From the NCBI GenBank assembly GCA_965199855.1, contig OZ241326.1, forward strand, positions 448,001 through 512,000: 64,000 nucleotides of DNA, in the 5' to 3' direction. This stretch comes from a bacterium (GTDB lineage Bacteria > UBA8248). The translations under genes and the position numbers were made by a program. The notes below the pieces were generated by a model, which worked only from the letters and a program-made list of their open reading frames with translations, was not told the DNA's origin and did no database searches. Below, in pieces: positions 1 to 9,289 of this stretch (within the stretch, counting starts at the first letter, position 1; each line of letters begins with the position of its first letter).

Positions 1-565
1 GCCAGAGGAACATGATGGAGAACAGGACGAACGCCTCGAGCGAGAGCTCGCCCGCCGCCGCCGCCCACCCGATGACGGGGGGCATGGCGCCCGGCGCCGC
101 GCCCACCACGCTGTTGAGCGAGGTCGTTCGCTTGAGGGGGGTGTAGAGGAACAGGTAGATCGCCCCCGTCGCCGCGATGAGCAGGGCGGTGAGGGGGTTG
201 ACGAAGGCGGCGAGCCAGCCCACGCCCAGCAGCGCGATGGAGGCGCCGAACAGGAGCGCGTCGAATTTCGGGAGCCGTCCGTCGGGCAGGGGGCGCTTTT
301 GCGTGCGCGCCATGCGCGCGTCGACGTCCTCCTCGGCCGCCTGGTTCAGCGCGAGGACGCCGCCCGTCGCCAGCGCCGCGCCGATGAGCGCGTGGATGAG
401 CAGGGCGACCCGGACGCCGCCGGGCGAGGCGAGCCAGAAGCCGGCGGCGGTGACGGCCAGCACCATCGGCAGGATGCGCGGCTTCACGAGTTCGAGGTAG
501 TCGGCCGCCCTTCTGCGCGCGTTCGCGCTCCCGACGCCCACCGCCTCGGCGCGGAAGTTCATCAT
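1..565 (-). CDS. ctaB: Protoheme IX farnesyltransferase (heme o synthase), runs off the window start
   Basis: Manual translation from ATG at 565 (ATGA overlap with the ctaA stop): MMNFRAEAVG...ADYLELVKPRILPMV...ALNQAAEEDVDARMARTQKRPLPDGR...IYLFLYTPLKRTTSLNSVVGAAPGAMPP, typical UbiA/CtaB motifs; cox operon context. Confidence 0.92.
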   Translation of the reverse strand, partial: MMNFRAEAVGVGSANARRRAADYLELVKPRILPMVLAVTAAGFWLASPGGVRVALLIHALIGAALATGGVLALNQAAEEDVDARMARTQKRPLPDGRLPKFDALLFGASIALLGVGWLAAFVNPLTALLIAATGAIYLFLYTPLKRTTSLNSVVGAAPGAMPPVIGWAAAAGELSLEAFVLFSIMFLW

Positions 566-1500
566 GCGCGCGCCCCTCCCGCCGCGGCGCGAGGCTCCGG
601 GGCGAGCGCGAAGGCGCCCCGGTTCAGGCGCAGGGCGAGGACGAGCGCCGCGGCGAAGAGCATCGCGCCCACGGCGACGTGCGCGGAGGTAATGGCGACG
701 GTCAGCCACGCGGGAAGGCCGCCGCCCGCGGCGGCGTATTTCCCGAGCCAGGAGCCGCCGCCGAGCGCGATCTGGATGAGGAGCAGAGCCCAGAGGCGGT
801 TGGCTTCTCCCGCGAGCGCCTCCGCTCCGGGCGCCTTCAGCGTCCGGAAGGCGAGGAGGAGGACGAGCGCGCCGCTCAGCCCGGCGAGGATCAGGTGGGC
901 CTCCAGGCCGCTTCCCGCGTGGCGCAGGAGCGCCCCGAGGATGGTCTGGACGTAAATCAGGAAAACGGCGGCCATGCTCAGCCTGCCGAGCGCCTTGTCC
1001 CCGACGCGGGGCGCGTCCTCCCGCCAGCTTCTGGAGGTGAACAGCGCCGCGCTCACCATGAGACCGAGGAAGAGCTGGGCGGCGCAGGCGTGGACGATGG
1101 CCAGATCGAGGTTGAGCAGAACCACCCGCAGGCCGCCGAGCGTTCCCTGGAGCGCGACCAGGAGGACGGCGAACCCGCCCAGCCGGCGCATCCATCTGCG
1201 CTCGTCCGTCCGCCAGAGGGCGGCGGCCGTCAGGATGGTGAGGACGCCGACCAGCGAGCCCAGCAGGCGGTGGGCGTGTTCGATGAACACCCCGCCCACC
1301 ATCTTCGACCATGGGAACAGGAACATGTTGTAGCCGAACGTGGTGGGCCAGTCGGGAACGGCGAGGCCCGAGCCCGTGCTCGTCACCACGCCGCCGGCGA
1401 GGATGAGGACGACGGTGGCGAAGCAGGTGAGCAGGGCGAGGCGGTGCGGCCAGCCCCCTCCCCTCCCGGCGGGGAGGCCGGCTCGGCGTTCAGGCGCCAT
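562..1500 (-). CDS. ctaA: Heme A synthase (COX15/CtaA family)
   Basis: GGVVTSTGSGLAVPDWP, IEHAHRLLG and VHACAAQ motifs; multiple TM helices; start trimmed to MAPERR. Confidence 0.88.
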   Translation of the reverse strand: MAPERRAGLPAGRGGGWPHRLALLTCFATVVLILAGGVVTSTGSGLAVPDWPTTFGYNMFLFPWSKMVGGVFIEHAHRLLGSLVGVLTILTAAALWRTDERRWMRRLGGFAVLLVALQGTLGGLRVVLLNLDLAIVHACAAQLFLGLMVSAALFTSRSWREDAPRVGDKALGRLSMAAVFLIYVQTILGALLRHAGSGLEAHLILAGLSGALVLLLAFRTLKAPGAEALAGEANRLWALLLIQIALGGGSWLGKYAAAGGGLPAWLTVAITSAHVAVGAMLFAAALVLALRLNRGAFALAPEPRAAAGGARA

Positions 1501-1531
1501 GGCGTTCTCCCGGCGGCGGGGCGCGGCGGCG

Positions 1532-3493
1532 CTAGCGCGCGGCCCCGGCGGCTTCCGGGGCCAGCGGCTCGGTCTGCGGCGCCCAGTCCGCGCTCTCGCC
1601 GGGAACGCTGTATTCGTAAGGGCCGCGGCGCACCACGGGCAGCGCGGGCCCGAAGTTCCCGTGCGGGGCGGGCGTGGGCGCCACCCATTCGAGCGTGCTG
1701 GCGTTCCACGGGTTCTGCGGCGCGTCGGCGCCCAGCTCGCCCATGCTCTTCTGCAGGTAGCGGTAAATCCACGCCGCCAGCAGGACGAAGACGACGCCCG
1801 CCAGAACCCGCCCGCTCGTGGAGGGCTCGGGCTCCATGAGGCCCTCGATGAGGGACGCCGTCCCCCGGTAGCCGATGAAGCCGACGACCAGGGCGGAGAC
1901 CGCCTGGGTGAGGACGCGGAACCACCTCGCGTTCCACCGGAAGATGGTGGCGAAGAAGTTGAGGACGAAGGGAATCTGCGAAAGTCCGAGCGCCAGCGCC
2001 GAGAGGGTGATGAGCACGTTGATGGGCTGCATCCCCTGGAGGAATTCATACTGCATGGGGTTGTAGATGCGCCGCATGTGGCCGCCCACCCCGAGGATGT
2101 GCATCGGGAAGAACGCCAGGTTGAAGAAGACGAACGTGAGCCAGAAGTGCACCTTGCCGAGCGCCTCGTCCATGGATTTTCCGAACATCTTGGGGAACCA
2201 GTGCGTCACGCCGCCGAAGATGGCGAAGACGCTGCCGCCGAAGATGACGTAGTGGAAGTGCGCCACGATGAAGTAGGTGTCGTGAATGTAGATATCGACC
2301 ACGTTCGAGGCCATGAAGATGCCGCTCAGCCCGCCGACGACGAAAAGGATGACGAAGGCGAGCGCGTTCAGCATGGGGACGGTGAAGCGGATGGAGCCGC
2401 CCCACAGGGTGCCCAGCCAGTTGAAGGTCTTGATGGCCGAGGGGATCGCGATGACGAGCGTCGTCATCATGAACGCGGAGCCGAGAGCGGGGTTCATGCC
2501 CGACTGGAACATGTGGTGGCCCCAGACGATCCAGGAGAGAAAGGCGATGGCGAGCATGGAATACACCATCGCGCGGTAGCCGAAAATCGGCTTTCGGCAG
2601 AAGACGCTCAGCAGCTCCGAGGCGATGCCCATGCCCGGAAGGATGAGGATATAGACCTCCGGGTGGCCGAAATACCAGAACAGGTGCTGCCACAGGAGGG
2701 GTTCTCCCCCCTTGGCGGGGTTGAAGAAGTTGGTCTCGAACACGCGGTCGAAGATCATCATCGCGCCCGCGGAGCCGAGAACCGGAAGCGCCAGCAGGCC
2801 GAGGATGGCGGTGATGAACAGCGACCAGACGACGAGCGGCACCCGGAACCAGGACATGCCCTCCGTGCGCATGTTGATGAGCGTGGTGATGTAGTTGATC
2901 GACCCCATGAGGGAGGAGAGGCTCAGGACGAACAGGCTTATCGCCCAGAGCGTCTGCCCCATGAAGACGCCCGTGTATTCCGGCACGGTGGACAGGGGCG
3001 CGTAGCCCGTCCAGCCGGAGGCGGCGTGTCCTCCCTCGACGAAAAACCCCGCCGACATGATGACGGCGCCGAGCGCCGCGGCCCAGAACGAGAGCATGTT
3101 CAGCGCGGGAAACGCCATGTCGCGCGCCCCGATCATCAGGGGGATGAGAAAGTTTCCGAAGCAACCCACGAGGATCGGCATCACCACGAGAAACACCATG
3201 ATGGTCGCGTGCATGGTGACCGCCATGTTGTAGTAGCTCGGCGTCATGATGCCCTCGGGCAGCCCGTCGCTCTCGTCCGATATCCAGCCGAGACCCCAGA
3301 TGGGGGTTTCCGGCCAGGCGAGCTGCCAGCGGAACATCAGGGCGAGGACGCCGCCGACGACCATCATGACGAGGCCGAGCCAGAGGAACTGGCGGGCGAT
3401 CATCTTGTGATCCAGCGAGAAGACGTAGGTGCTCCAGAACCCACCCTCGTGGTGGGCGTGAGCGGCATGCGCGTCTGCTGTGGTTTCGCTCAT
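1532..3493 (-). CDS. coxA: Cytochrome c oxidase subunit I (A1-type)
   Basis: DHKMI, TMHATIM, YFGHPEVY, WGHHMF, HDTYFIVAHFHY heme/CuB ligand motifs. Confidence 0.97.
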   Translation of the reverse strand: MSETTADAHAAHAHHEGGFWSTYVFSLDHKMIARQFLWLGLVMMVVGGVLALMFRWQLAWPETPIWGLGWISDESDGLPEGIMTPSYYNMAVTMHATIMVFLVVMPILVGCFGNFLIPLMIGARDMAFPALNMLSFWAAALGAVIMSAGFFVEGGHAASGWTGYAPLSTVPEYTGVFMGQTLWAISLFVLSLSSLMGSINYITTLINMRTEGMSWFRVPLVVWSLFITAILGLLALPVLGSAGAMMIFDRVFETNFFNPAKGGEPLLWQHLFWYFGHPEVYILILPGMGIASELLSVFCRKPIFGYRAMVYSMLAIAFLSWIVWGHHMFQSGMNPALGSAFMMTTLVIAIPSAIKTFNWLGTLWGGSIRFTVPMLNALAFVILFVVGGLSGIFMASNVVDIYIHDTYFIVAHFHYVIFGGSVFAIFGGVTHWFPKMFGKSMDEALGKVHFWLTFVFFNLAFFPMHILGVGGHMRRIYNPMQYEFLQGMQPINVLITLSALALGLSQIPFVLNFFATIFRWNARWFRVLTQAVSALVVGFIGYRGTASLIEGLMEPEPSTSGRVLAGVVFVLLAAWIYRYLQKSMGELGADAPQNPWNASTLEWVAPTPAPHGNFGPALPVVRRGPYEYSVPGESADWAPQTEPLAPEAAGAAR

Positions 3494-3609
3494 GGCTTCG
3501 CGGGTCCCTCGTGGCTTCCCGGAGGATGAAGCGGCGTCTCCGGGCGATTCAGGATATGGAGAAGGGCGAGGGCGTCCGCGCCCTCATGCCCTCGATGCGC
3601 GTCCGGCGG

Positions 3610-4278
3610 CTACTTGTCCTTCTTCGCCCAGGCCTCCCTGCGCCATTTCGCGTAGTCCTCCGCCGAGTGGACGACGAGCTCCCCGTTCATGCCGGAATGC
3701 CCGAAGCCGCAGAGCTCGGCGCAGGGTATCTCGTATTTGCCCGTCTTGGTCGGCGTGAACCACAGCGGAATCGTCCGGCCGGGGACCACGTCCTGCTTCA
3801 TGCGGGCGTGGGGGATGAAGAAGCTGTGGATGACGTCCGCGCCCTTGAGCGCGATGAACACCTGCCTGTTGACGGGAACGTTCAGCTGGTTGTCGAGGAC
3901 GAGGTCGTCCTTCGTGCCGAATTTTCCGTCGTCGCCCGGGTAGCGGACGATCCAGTTGAACTGCTTGCCCGTCACCTCCACGCGCACGTGCGGGTTCTGG
4001 GGAATCGCCAGCTTGAGCTTCGCCCAGGAGGTCTGCGTCATCAGGATGAAGACGAGCAGGATGAAGGCGGGAATCACCGTCCAGAGAATCTCCAGCGCGT
4101 TGTTGCCGTGGGCGTATTTCGCCTTCACGCCCGGCCTGGCGCGGTATTTGATGAGGAAATAGACCATGACGGCGGCTACGAGAATGAACGCCACCGCCGT
4201 CAGGTAGTAGGAGATATAGAAGAGAAAGTCGATCTCCTCGCCTTCGATGGAGATGTTCTCAGGCAGCCAGCTCATCAT
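3610..4278 (-). CDS. coxB: Cytochrome c oxidase subunit II
   Basis: Two TM helices, DVIHSF and CAELCGFGHSGM CuA motifs. Confidence 0.96.
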   Translation of the reverse strand: MMSWLPENISIEGEEIDFLFYISYYLTAVAFILVAAVMVYFLIKYRARPGVKAKYAHGNNALEILWTVIPAFILLVFILMTQTSWAKLKLAIPQNPHVRVEVTGKQFNWIVRYPGDDGKFGTKDDLVLDNQLNVPVNRQVFIALKGADVIHSFFIPHARMKQDVVPGRTIPLWFTPTKTGKYEIPCAELCGFGHSGMNGELVVHSAEDYAKWRREAWAKKDK

Positions 4279-4536
4279 GGGAAGCGCATCCTCCGGGGGT
4301 TCCGCGTGAATGGCGGCGCGGGATTCCTCTCCCCGCGCCGCGGGTCCAAGACGCCTGGTTCCGATACCCGGCCTGCGAGCGGGAGTCTATAGGAGAAGCG
4401 CCCCCCTTTTCAAGCGTGCGGGGAGAAAATTTTCCGCCGCCCGAGGGGCGCGGACGCTCCCGCGCGCCGGCGGGAGGAAATGCGGACGCGCGCCTCGTCC
4501 CCCGCTTTCCGGATTCGGGGCCGGGCCCGCCCCCGT

Positions 4537-4566
4537 TTGCAAGGCGCGCGCTTTCGGGGCTATAAA
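4537..4566 (+). promoter_or_regulatory. Putative sigma70 promoter of tRNA-Arg
   Basis: TTGCAA-N18-TATAAA ending 9 nt before the tRNA. Confidence 0.5.
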
Positions 4567-4575
4567 GACGGGAGC

Positions 4576-4652
<77 letters not shown>

Positions 4653-4665
4653 CCCGAACCCGATG

Positions 4666-4700
4666 AAGCCGGGGACGCGCTGGGCTCCCCGGCTTTTTTT
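4666..4700 (+). terminator. Rho-independent terminator after tRNA
   Basis: AAGCCGGGGA...TCCCCGGCTT stem followed by a T run. Confidence 0.8.
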
Positions 4701-4836
4701 CGCAAGACCCCCGGCGATAGCGTCCAGGGATTTCCCCTTCGCCCGGGGTGCCGCCTCGCGCGCCCCTCCCGCTCGCTCGCGCAAACGGCCCGGCTCCGGG
4801 CGGCTCGGGCGGCGAAAAAATTTCGTTATTTTTAGT

Positions 4837-4864
4837 TTGCCAAATGTTTCTGAATTGTTACACT
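4837..4864 (+). promoter_or_regulatory. Putative sigma70 promoter for the symporter cluster
   Basis: TTGCCA-N16-TACACT with an extended -10 TG, in an AT-rich patch. Confidence 0.5.
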
Positions 4865-5065
4865 AGGGGCATAGAGAGCGATTCGGCGCGACGAGGAAAA
4901 TCCCGCCCGGGAGATCGCCCGGCGAGGTTCGCCCGACAGGGAGGGAATTCGCAGGGGAGGGCGTAGCAGCGCAAGAGGCGCGCGGCGCGGGGGGAGGGTT
5001 GGCCCCTGTGGCCGGCGCGCTCGGCGTGAGGGAAGCCGGTTTTACTTTTCAGAGGAGGCGCTTGT

Positions 5066-7039
5066 ATGAACGCGAAGATCGCATGGCTGTTCGCCTTCGT
5101 GCTGCTTTACTGGGCCTACTGCATCTACTGGGGGGTCAAGTGCGCGCGGATGGCGAGGACGGCCGGGGATTACTTTATCGCCGGCCGCCAGCTCTCGATG
5201 TGGGTGTTCGTCCTGGCGGCGACGGCGACGTCCTTTTCGGGATGGACGTTCATGGGGCATCCGGGACTCGTCTATCGGGACGGGTTCCAATACGCCTACG
5301 CCTCGTTCTACACGATCACCATTCCCTTCACCGGGGTGATATTCCTGAAGCGCCAGTGGATGCTGGGCAAGCGCTTCGGATACGTCACGCCCGGTGAAAT
5401 GTTCGCCGACTACTTCCAGGGAGACGCGATACGCATCCTCACCGTCATCGTGGCGCTGCTGTTCTCGGTTCCCTACCTCGGGGTGCAGCTCGGCGCCTCG
5501 GGCTTCCTGTTCAACGTGCTGACGGACGGCCTGTTCAGCGTCAACGTCGGGATGTGGCTGCTCTCCATCGTCGTGCTCGTCTACGTGGCGGCGGGAGGGT
5601 TGCGCGCCGTGGCCTACGTGGACACGCTCCAGTGCGTTCTCCTCGCGCTGGGCATCGTCGTCACCGGCTGCATCGCGCTGAACATCGCCGGCGGCTGGGG
5701 CGACCTGAACGCGGGCCTGGCCAAGCTGGCCGCCTCGTCGGTGGGCAAGTGGGGGACGACGAAGGGATACGGCGGGGGCGACTACAACGCCTACTTCGCC
5801 ATCCCCGGCGTCATCCAGTTCACGGCGGGCCTGGGCAAGCAGACCCCGGTGGGCGGCCTGTGGACGGGCGTCATGTGCCTGACCTACATGTTCGCGCTCA
5901 TGGGGATTCAGTCCTCCCCCGCGTTCTCCATGTGGGCGTTCTCGAACAACAACCCGCGCCCCTTCGCCCCCCAGCAGGTCTGGGCGTCCTCGGCGGGCAT
6001 CGGGTTCATCCTGTTCTTCTTCACGGCGTTCCAGGGGATGGGCGCGCACCTGCTCGGCGCCAACCCGGCGGTGACGAAGGCGGGGATCGCCATCTCGGAC
6101 GTGCTGGCAGGGTCCATCGCCCAGAAGCCCGACTCGCTGGTGCCGCACTACTTCAACTGGATCGCGCCCGCGGCGCCCTGGCTGGTCGGTCTTCTCGCGG
6201 TGTGCGCGCTGGCGGCCATGCAGTCCACGGGCGCGGCGTACATGTCCACGGCGGGCGGAATGCTCACCCGCGACCTCTACAAGAGGTATCTGAACCCCAC
6301 CGCCTCGCACGAGACCCAGAAGGTGGCGGGCCGGCTGGGCGTGGCCGTCATCGTGATCTCGGCGCTCCTCGTGGCGACGTTCTCGCGCGACGCCCTCGTG
6401 CTGCTCGGAGGGCTGGCGGTCGCCTTCGGCTTCCAGATGTGGCCCTCGCTGGTGGCGGTGTGCTGGTATCCGAAGATCACCAGGGAGGGCGCCACGTGGG
6501 GCCTGGCGGCGGGCCTGCTCGCCGTCATCTTCACGGAGAACTTCGGCCTCACGATTCTCAAGGGAATCGGCATCGACCTGTGGGGCCGCTGGCCGTGGAC
6601 GATTCACTCCGCCGGCTGGGGCATCATCTTCAACGTGGCGGTGTGCTGGATCGTCTCGTCGAACACGCAGGACAGCGCGGCGGCGGCGCACCGGCAGAAG
6701 TATCACGACTTCCTCGCCGAGCACGCCTCGCTCTCGCCGGAGAAGCGGGGCCTCGTTCCCGCGGCGTGGGCCGTGACGCTCGCCTGGATGTTCTTCGGCA
6801 TCGGCCCCGGCGCCGTCATCGGCAACTGGATATTCGGCGCGCCGGATCAGGGCCCCGGCGGCTGGACGTTCGGGATGCCCTCCATCTGGGCGTGGCAGAT
6901 TCTCTTCTGGGCGCTCGGGGTGGGCATGATGTGGATGCTCGCCTACAAGATGGAGATGTCCACGGTGCCCGAGACGGAAATCGAGGCGCTGGTCGAGGAC
7001 ATCGGCGACGTGGCTCCGCAGGGGGCGGGCTCATCCTAG
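5066..7039 (+). CDS. Sodium:solute symporter (SSS family)
   Basis: DYFIAGR, ATSFSGWTFMGHPG, GGLRAVAYVD, AAMQST motifs; many TM helices; GAGG RBS. Confidence 0.92.
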   Translation: MNAKIAWLFAFVLLYWAYCIYWGVKCARMARTAGDYFIAGRQLSMWVFVLAATATSFSGWTFMGHPGLVYRDGFQYAYASFYTITIPFTGVIFLKRQWMLGKRFGYVTPGEMFADYFQGDAIRILTVIVALLFSVPYLGVQLGASGFLFNVLTDGLFSVNVGMWLLSIVVLVYVAAGGLRAVAYVDTLQCVLLALGIVVTGCIALNIAGGWGDLNAGLAKLAASSVGKWGTTKGYGGGDYNAYFAIPGVIQFTAGLGKQTPVGGLWTGVMCLTYMFALMGIQSSPAFSMWAFSNNNPRPFAPQQVWASSAGIGFILFFFTAFQGMGAHLLGANPAVTKAGIAISDVLAGSIAQKPDSLVPHYFNWIAPAAPWLVGLLAVCALAAMQSTGAAYMSTAGGMLTRDLYKRYLNPTASHETQKVAGRLGVAVIVISALLVATFSRDALVLLGGLAVAFGFQMWPSLVAVCWYPKITREGATWGLAAGLLAVIFTENFGLTILKGIGIDLWGRWPWTIHSAGWGIIFNVAVCWIVSSNTQDSAAAAHRQKYHDFLAEHASLSPEKRGLVPAAWAVTLAWMFFGIGPGAVIGNWIFGAPDQGPGGWTFGMPSIWAWQILFWALGVGMMWMLAYKMEMSTVPETEIEALVEDIGDVAPQGAGSS

Positions 7040-7069
7040 CCCCCGCGGAGGGCTGAAAGCGCGCTTCCC

Positions 7070-7102
7070 GCGCGGGGGAGGGGCCGAGGCTCCTCCCCCG
7101 CG
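7070..7102 (+). terminator. GC-rich intergenic stem-loop (terminator or mRNA-stabilising)
   Basis: GCGCGGGGGAGG...CCTCCCCCGCGC inverted repeat just after the symporter stop. Confidence 0.5.
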
Positions 7103-7138
7103 CCGCTTTCCCGCCGCCCGGAAGCCGAAGCGACCCCC

Positions 7139-7381
7139 ATGGCCGAGCTGTTCTCCGCGAAATACATGCTGCTCTGGGCGCTCGCGCTGGCCGCCGCGCT
7201 GTTCGCTCCCGTGCGCCGGCTGATATGGGTGCTCTACGTCCGGCGCGCGGAGCGCGAGGGCGAGACGGCCCCGGAGGAGGAGCGCCTGGCGCTCAGGCGG
7301 CGCGCGGGCGTGACGGCGCTTCTCCTCTGCTTCGTGTTCTCCTACTTCTACATGGCCTACCTCTTCAGGACGCCTCGATGA
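7139..7381 (+). CDS. Small two-TM membrane protein
   Basis: Two hydrophobic helices; ATGA-coupled to the downstream TPR gene. Confidence 0.75.
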   Translation: MAELFSAKYMLLWALALAAALFAPVRRLIWVLYVRRAEREGETAPEEERLALRRRAGVTALLLCFVFSYFYMAYLFRTPR

Positions 7382-7989
7382 ACCCGCGCGTCCTCAGGCG
7401 CTTCGTCAGGAACATGGCTATTCTCATCTTCGCCACGTTCTCCCTGTGGGCGCTCTGGGAGATGTGGGAGCGCGAGGAGCCGGGCGACTACGCCACCCGC
7501 CAGGGCGACATCCGCCTGAGCGAGGGCAGCCTCGAGGAGGCGCTGGCGAGCTTCGACCGCGCCCTGCGCGAGCGGCCGAACCACCGGGGCGCGCTCATGG
7601 GCCGCGCCCTCGTCTTCATCCGGATGAAGAGATACGACGAGGCCACGGCCGCGCTCGACCGCCTCATCGACCATCTCGGGAAGAGCTTGGACCCGACGGA
7701 CGCGACGGGCGTCGCGCTCCTGGCGGCGGCCCACGCCAACCGGGGCATCGTCCGCGACAGGCGCGGCCGCCACCGGGAGGCGCTCGCCGACTACGTCGAG
7801 GCGCTCCGAATCGACCGGGGCGCGGTGAAGGGCCCCGGCCTCATCGACAGGGTAATCTACGGGACGCCCAGCCCCGCCACGGTGCGCGGCCGCGCGGTCT
7901 ATCTCGAGAAGCAGCTGGCGCTTCCGCCGGAGGAGCGTCTGCTTCGGGTGCCGGAGCTCGACGCGGCCCAGCGCATGCACAAGCCCTGA
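7378..7989 (+). CDS. Membrane-anchored tetratricopeptide repeat protein
   Basis: N-terminal TM; TPR-like EEALASFDRAL...ALMGRALV and AHANRGIV...ALADYVEAL. Confidence 0.8.
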   Translation: MNPRVLRRFVRNMAILIFATFSLWALWEMWEREEPGDYATRQGDIRLSEGSLEEALASFDRALRERPNHRGALMGRALVFIRMKRYDEATAALDRLIDHLGKSLDPTDATGVALLAAAHANRGIVRDRRGRHREALADYVEALRIDRGAVKGPGLIDRVIYGTPSPATVRGRAVYLEKQLALPPEERLLRVPELDAAQRMHKP

Positions 7990-8004
7990 GCCTCCGCGCG
8001 GGCG

Positions 8005-8208
8005 TCAGAAGAACCGGATGAGGCCCAGCACGTCCTGGAACAGCACGAGGAAGAAGAACACGGCGGCGATGCAGCCGAAGAGCAGATGCACGTAGTCGGA
8101 CTCTCCGTCCGGATTCTTCGTTCGGATGGCCTTGACGGCGATGAAGCCCGTCGTGAACAGGAAGAGGAAGTTCACGGCCTGCTGGTTTTCGCCCGCGAAC
8201 TCGAACAT
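8005..8208 (-). CDS. Small two-TM membrane protein
   Basis: MFEFAGENQQAVNFLFLF...HLLFGCIAAVFFFLVLFQDVLG; host-like codon usage. Confidence 0.65.
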   Translation of the reverse strand: MFEFAGENQQAVNFLFLFTTGFIAVKAIRTKNPDGESDYVHLLFGCIAAVFFFLVLFQDVLGLIRFF

Positions 8209-8330
8209 GACGGCCCCCGCTTCACAGGTTCCCGCCGCCCCGCCGGGCGGGCGTCCCGCGGATGCTTTCACGGAGGCGAGACGCGCGTCAAGCGGGGGGC
8301 CTTCATGCTTCCCGGTGCGTGATGGAGGGG

Positions 8331-8621
8331 TTATGCGAGTTCGAGAGTCGTGTTGGTGTATGATTCTTCGGGCCACCCCGAATACGTAGTGGAGAGATCG
8401 GCGGAGCCAATGACGCGCCCATGATTCGCGATCATGGATTCACACACGCCGCCGATGGCGTCCCTGATGTTCGCAATGGCGCTTTCTTTGGTGTCGCCCT
8501 CGGATACGCAACCTTCCAGATCCAGACACTCGACGACGTATCCGCCGTCCATCTCGTCCGGCTCCAGAGCAACCTGGAACGGGCCATGGCCCGGTATGCT
8601 GACAATATACCGCTCCATCAT
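8331..8621 (-). CDS. hicB: HicB-family antitoxin with C-terminal tail, no DNA-binding domain
   Basis: DGGYVVECLDLEGCVSEGDTKESAIANIRDAI HicB signature; GGAGG RBS. Confidence 0.85.
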   Translation of the reverse strand: MMERYIVSIPGHGPFQVALEPDEMDGGYVVECLDLEGCVSEGDTKESAIANIRDAIGGVCESMIANHGRVIGSADLSTTYSGWPEESYTNTTLELA

Positions 8622-8639
8622 TTGAAACCTCCCTTTTTG

Positions 8640-8954
8640 CTACTCCGCCCCATTGGTCTTATCTTCGGTTTTCGGCTGAGCGATGGGGCCGAATGAGCTT
8701 TCATACTTTTTGATGTTTTCTCCGAGCGCGTCATGTATGCGCTTCGCATGTGCTACGGATGTGACATATCGCCCAACGAGAGAGGCGCTTCCGGGTTCCG
8801 GCAATGCCTGAAACAAATCAAAAAGGAACTCTTCTCCTCTGGCATGAGTAATTCTAAGCAGGTTGAAATACTGCGCAGGCACGGAAATGTTCAATTCAAC
8901 CGAACCCGCTCCCCCCTGTTTGTTTCCATTCTCTTTTTTATCAGGGTTCACCAT
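8640..8954 (-). CDS. DUF3467-family protein
   Basis: YFNLLRITH..EEFLFD..Q.LP...GRYVTSVAHAKRIHDALGENIKKYESSFGPI matches the DUF3467 pattern as I recall it; GGAGG RBS before ATG 8954. Confidence 0.8.
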   Translation of the reverse strand: MVNPDKKENGNKQGGAGSVELNISVPAQYFNLLRITHARGEEFLFDLFQALPEPGSASLVGRYVTSVAHAKRIHDALGENIKKYESSFGPIAQPKTEDKTNGAE

Positions 8955-8979
8955 GCTTCCTCCATAAATATAGCATATT

Positions 8980-9201
8980 TCATCTATAATCTTCAAATTC
9001 CTGAGCTGTCAATCCAGCGGCTTTTATCAGTTTGCTCAGCGTTCCACGCCTCAGCGCATTGTGCTTGGGGATCGAAAGGTGTTTTTGTTCGCCGAATTTT
9101 TTGTAGATCATATGGCTTCCCGTCTGCCTGTCAAAAACCCATCCGTCTTTTTCAAATGCTTTGGCCGCGTCATTCCCGGAGATTATCGGTGTTCTGGCCA
9201 T
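8980..9201 (-). CDS. hicA: HicA-family mRNA interferase toxin
   Basis: AFEKDGWVFDRQTGSHMIY...SIPKH..LRRGTLSKLIKAAGL, with the catalytic GSH His. Confidence 0.9.
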   Translation of the reverse strand: MARTPIISGNDAAKAFEKDGWVFDRQTGSHMIYKKFGEQKHLSIPKHNALRRGTLSKLIKAAGLTAQEFEDYR

Positions 9202-9289
9202 GTGATGCCCATAACTTTTGCTATCTCCTCCACCATGCCCGGCGACGCTTGGTTGGAAGGGATGATGGTTCACGCTCCCGCACACGCCC

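Noticed and set aside
4865-5065. Known riboswitch in the symporter leader
   Set aside because: I could not recognise the conserved core of glycine, TPP, SAM, cobalamin or other common classes by eye.
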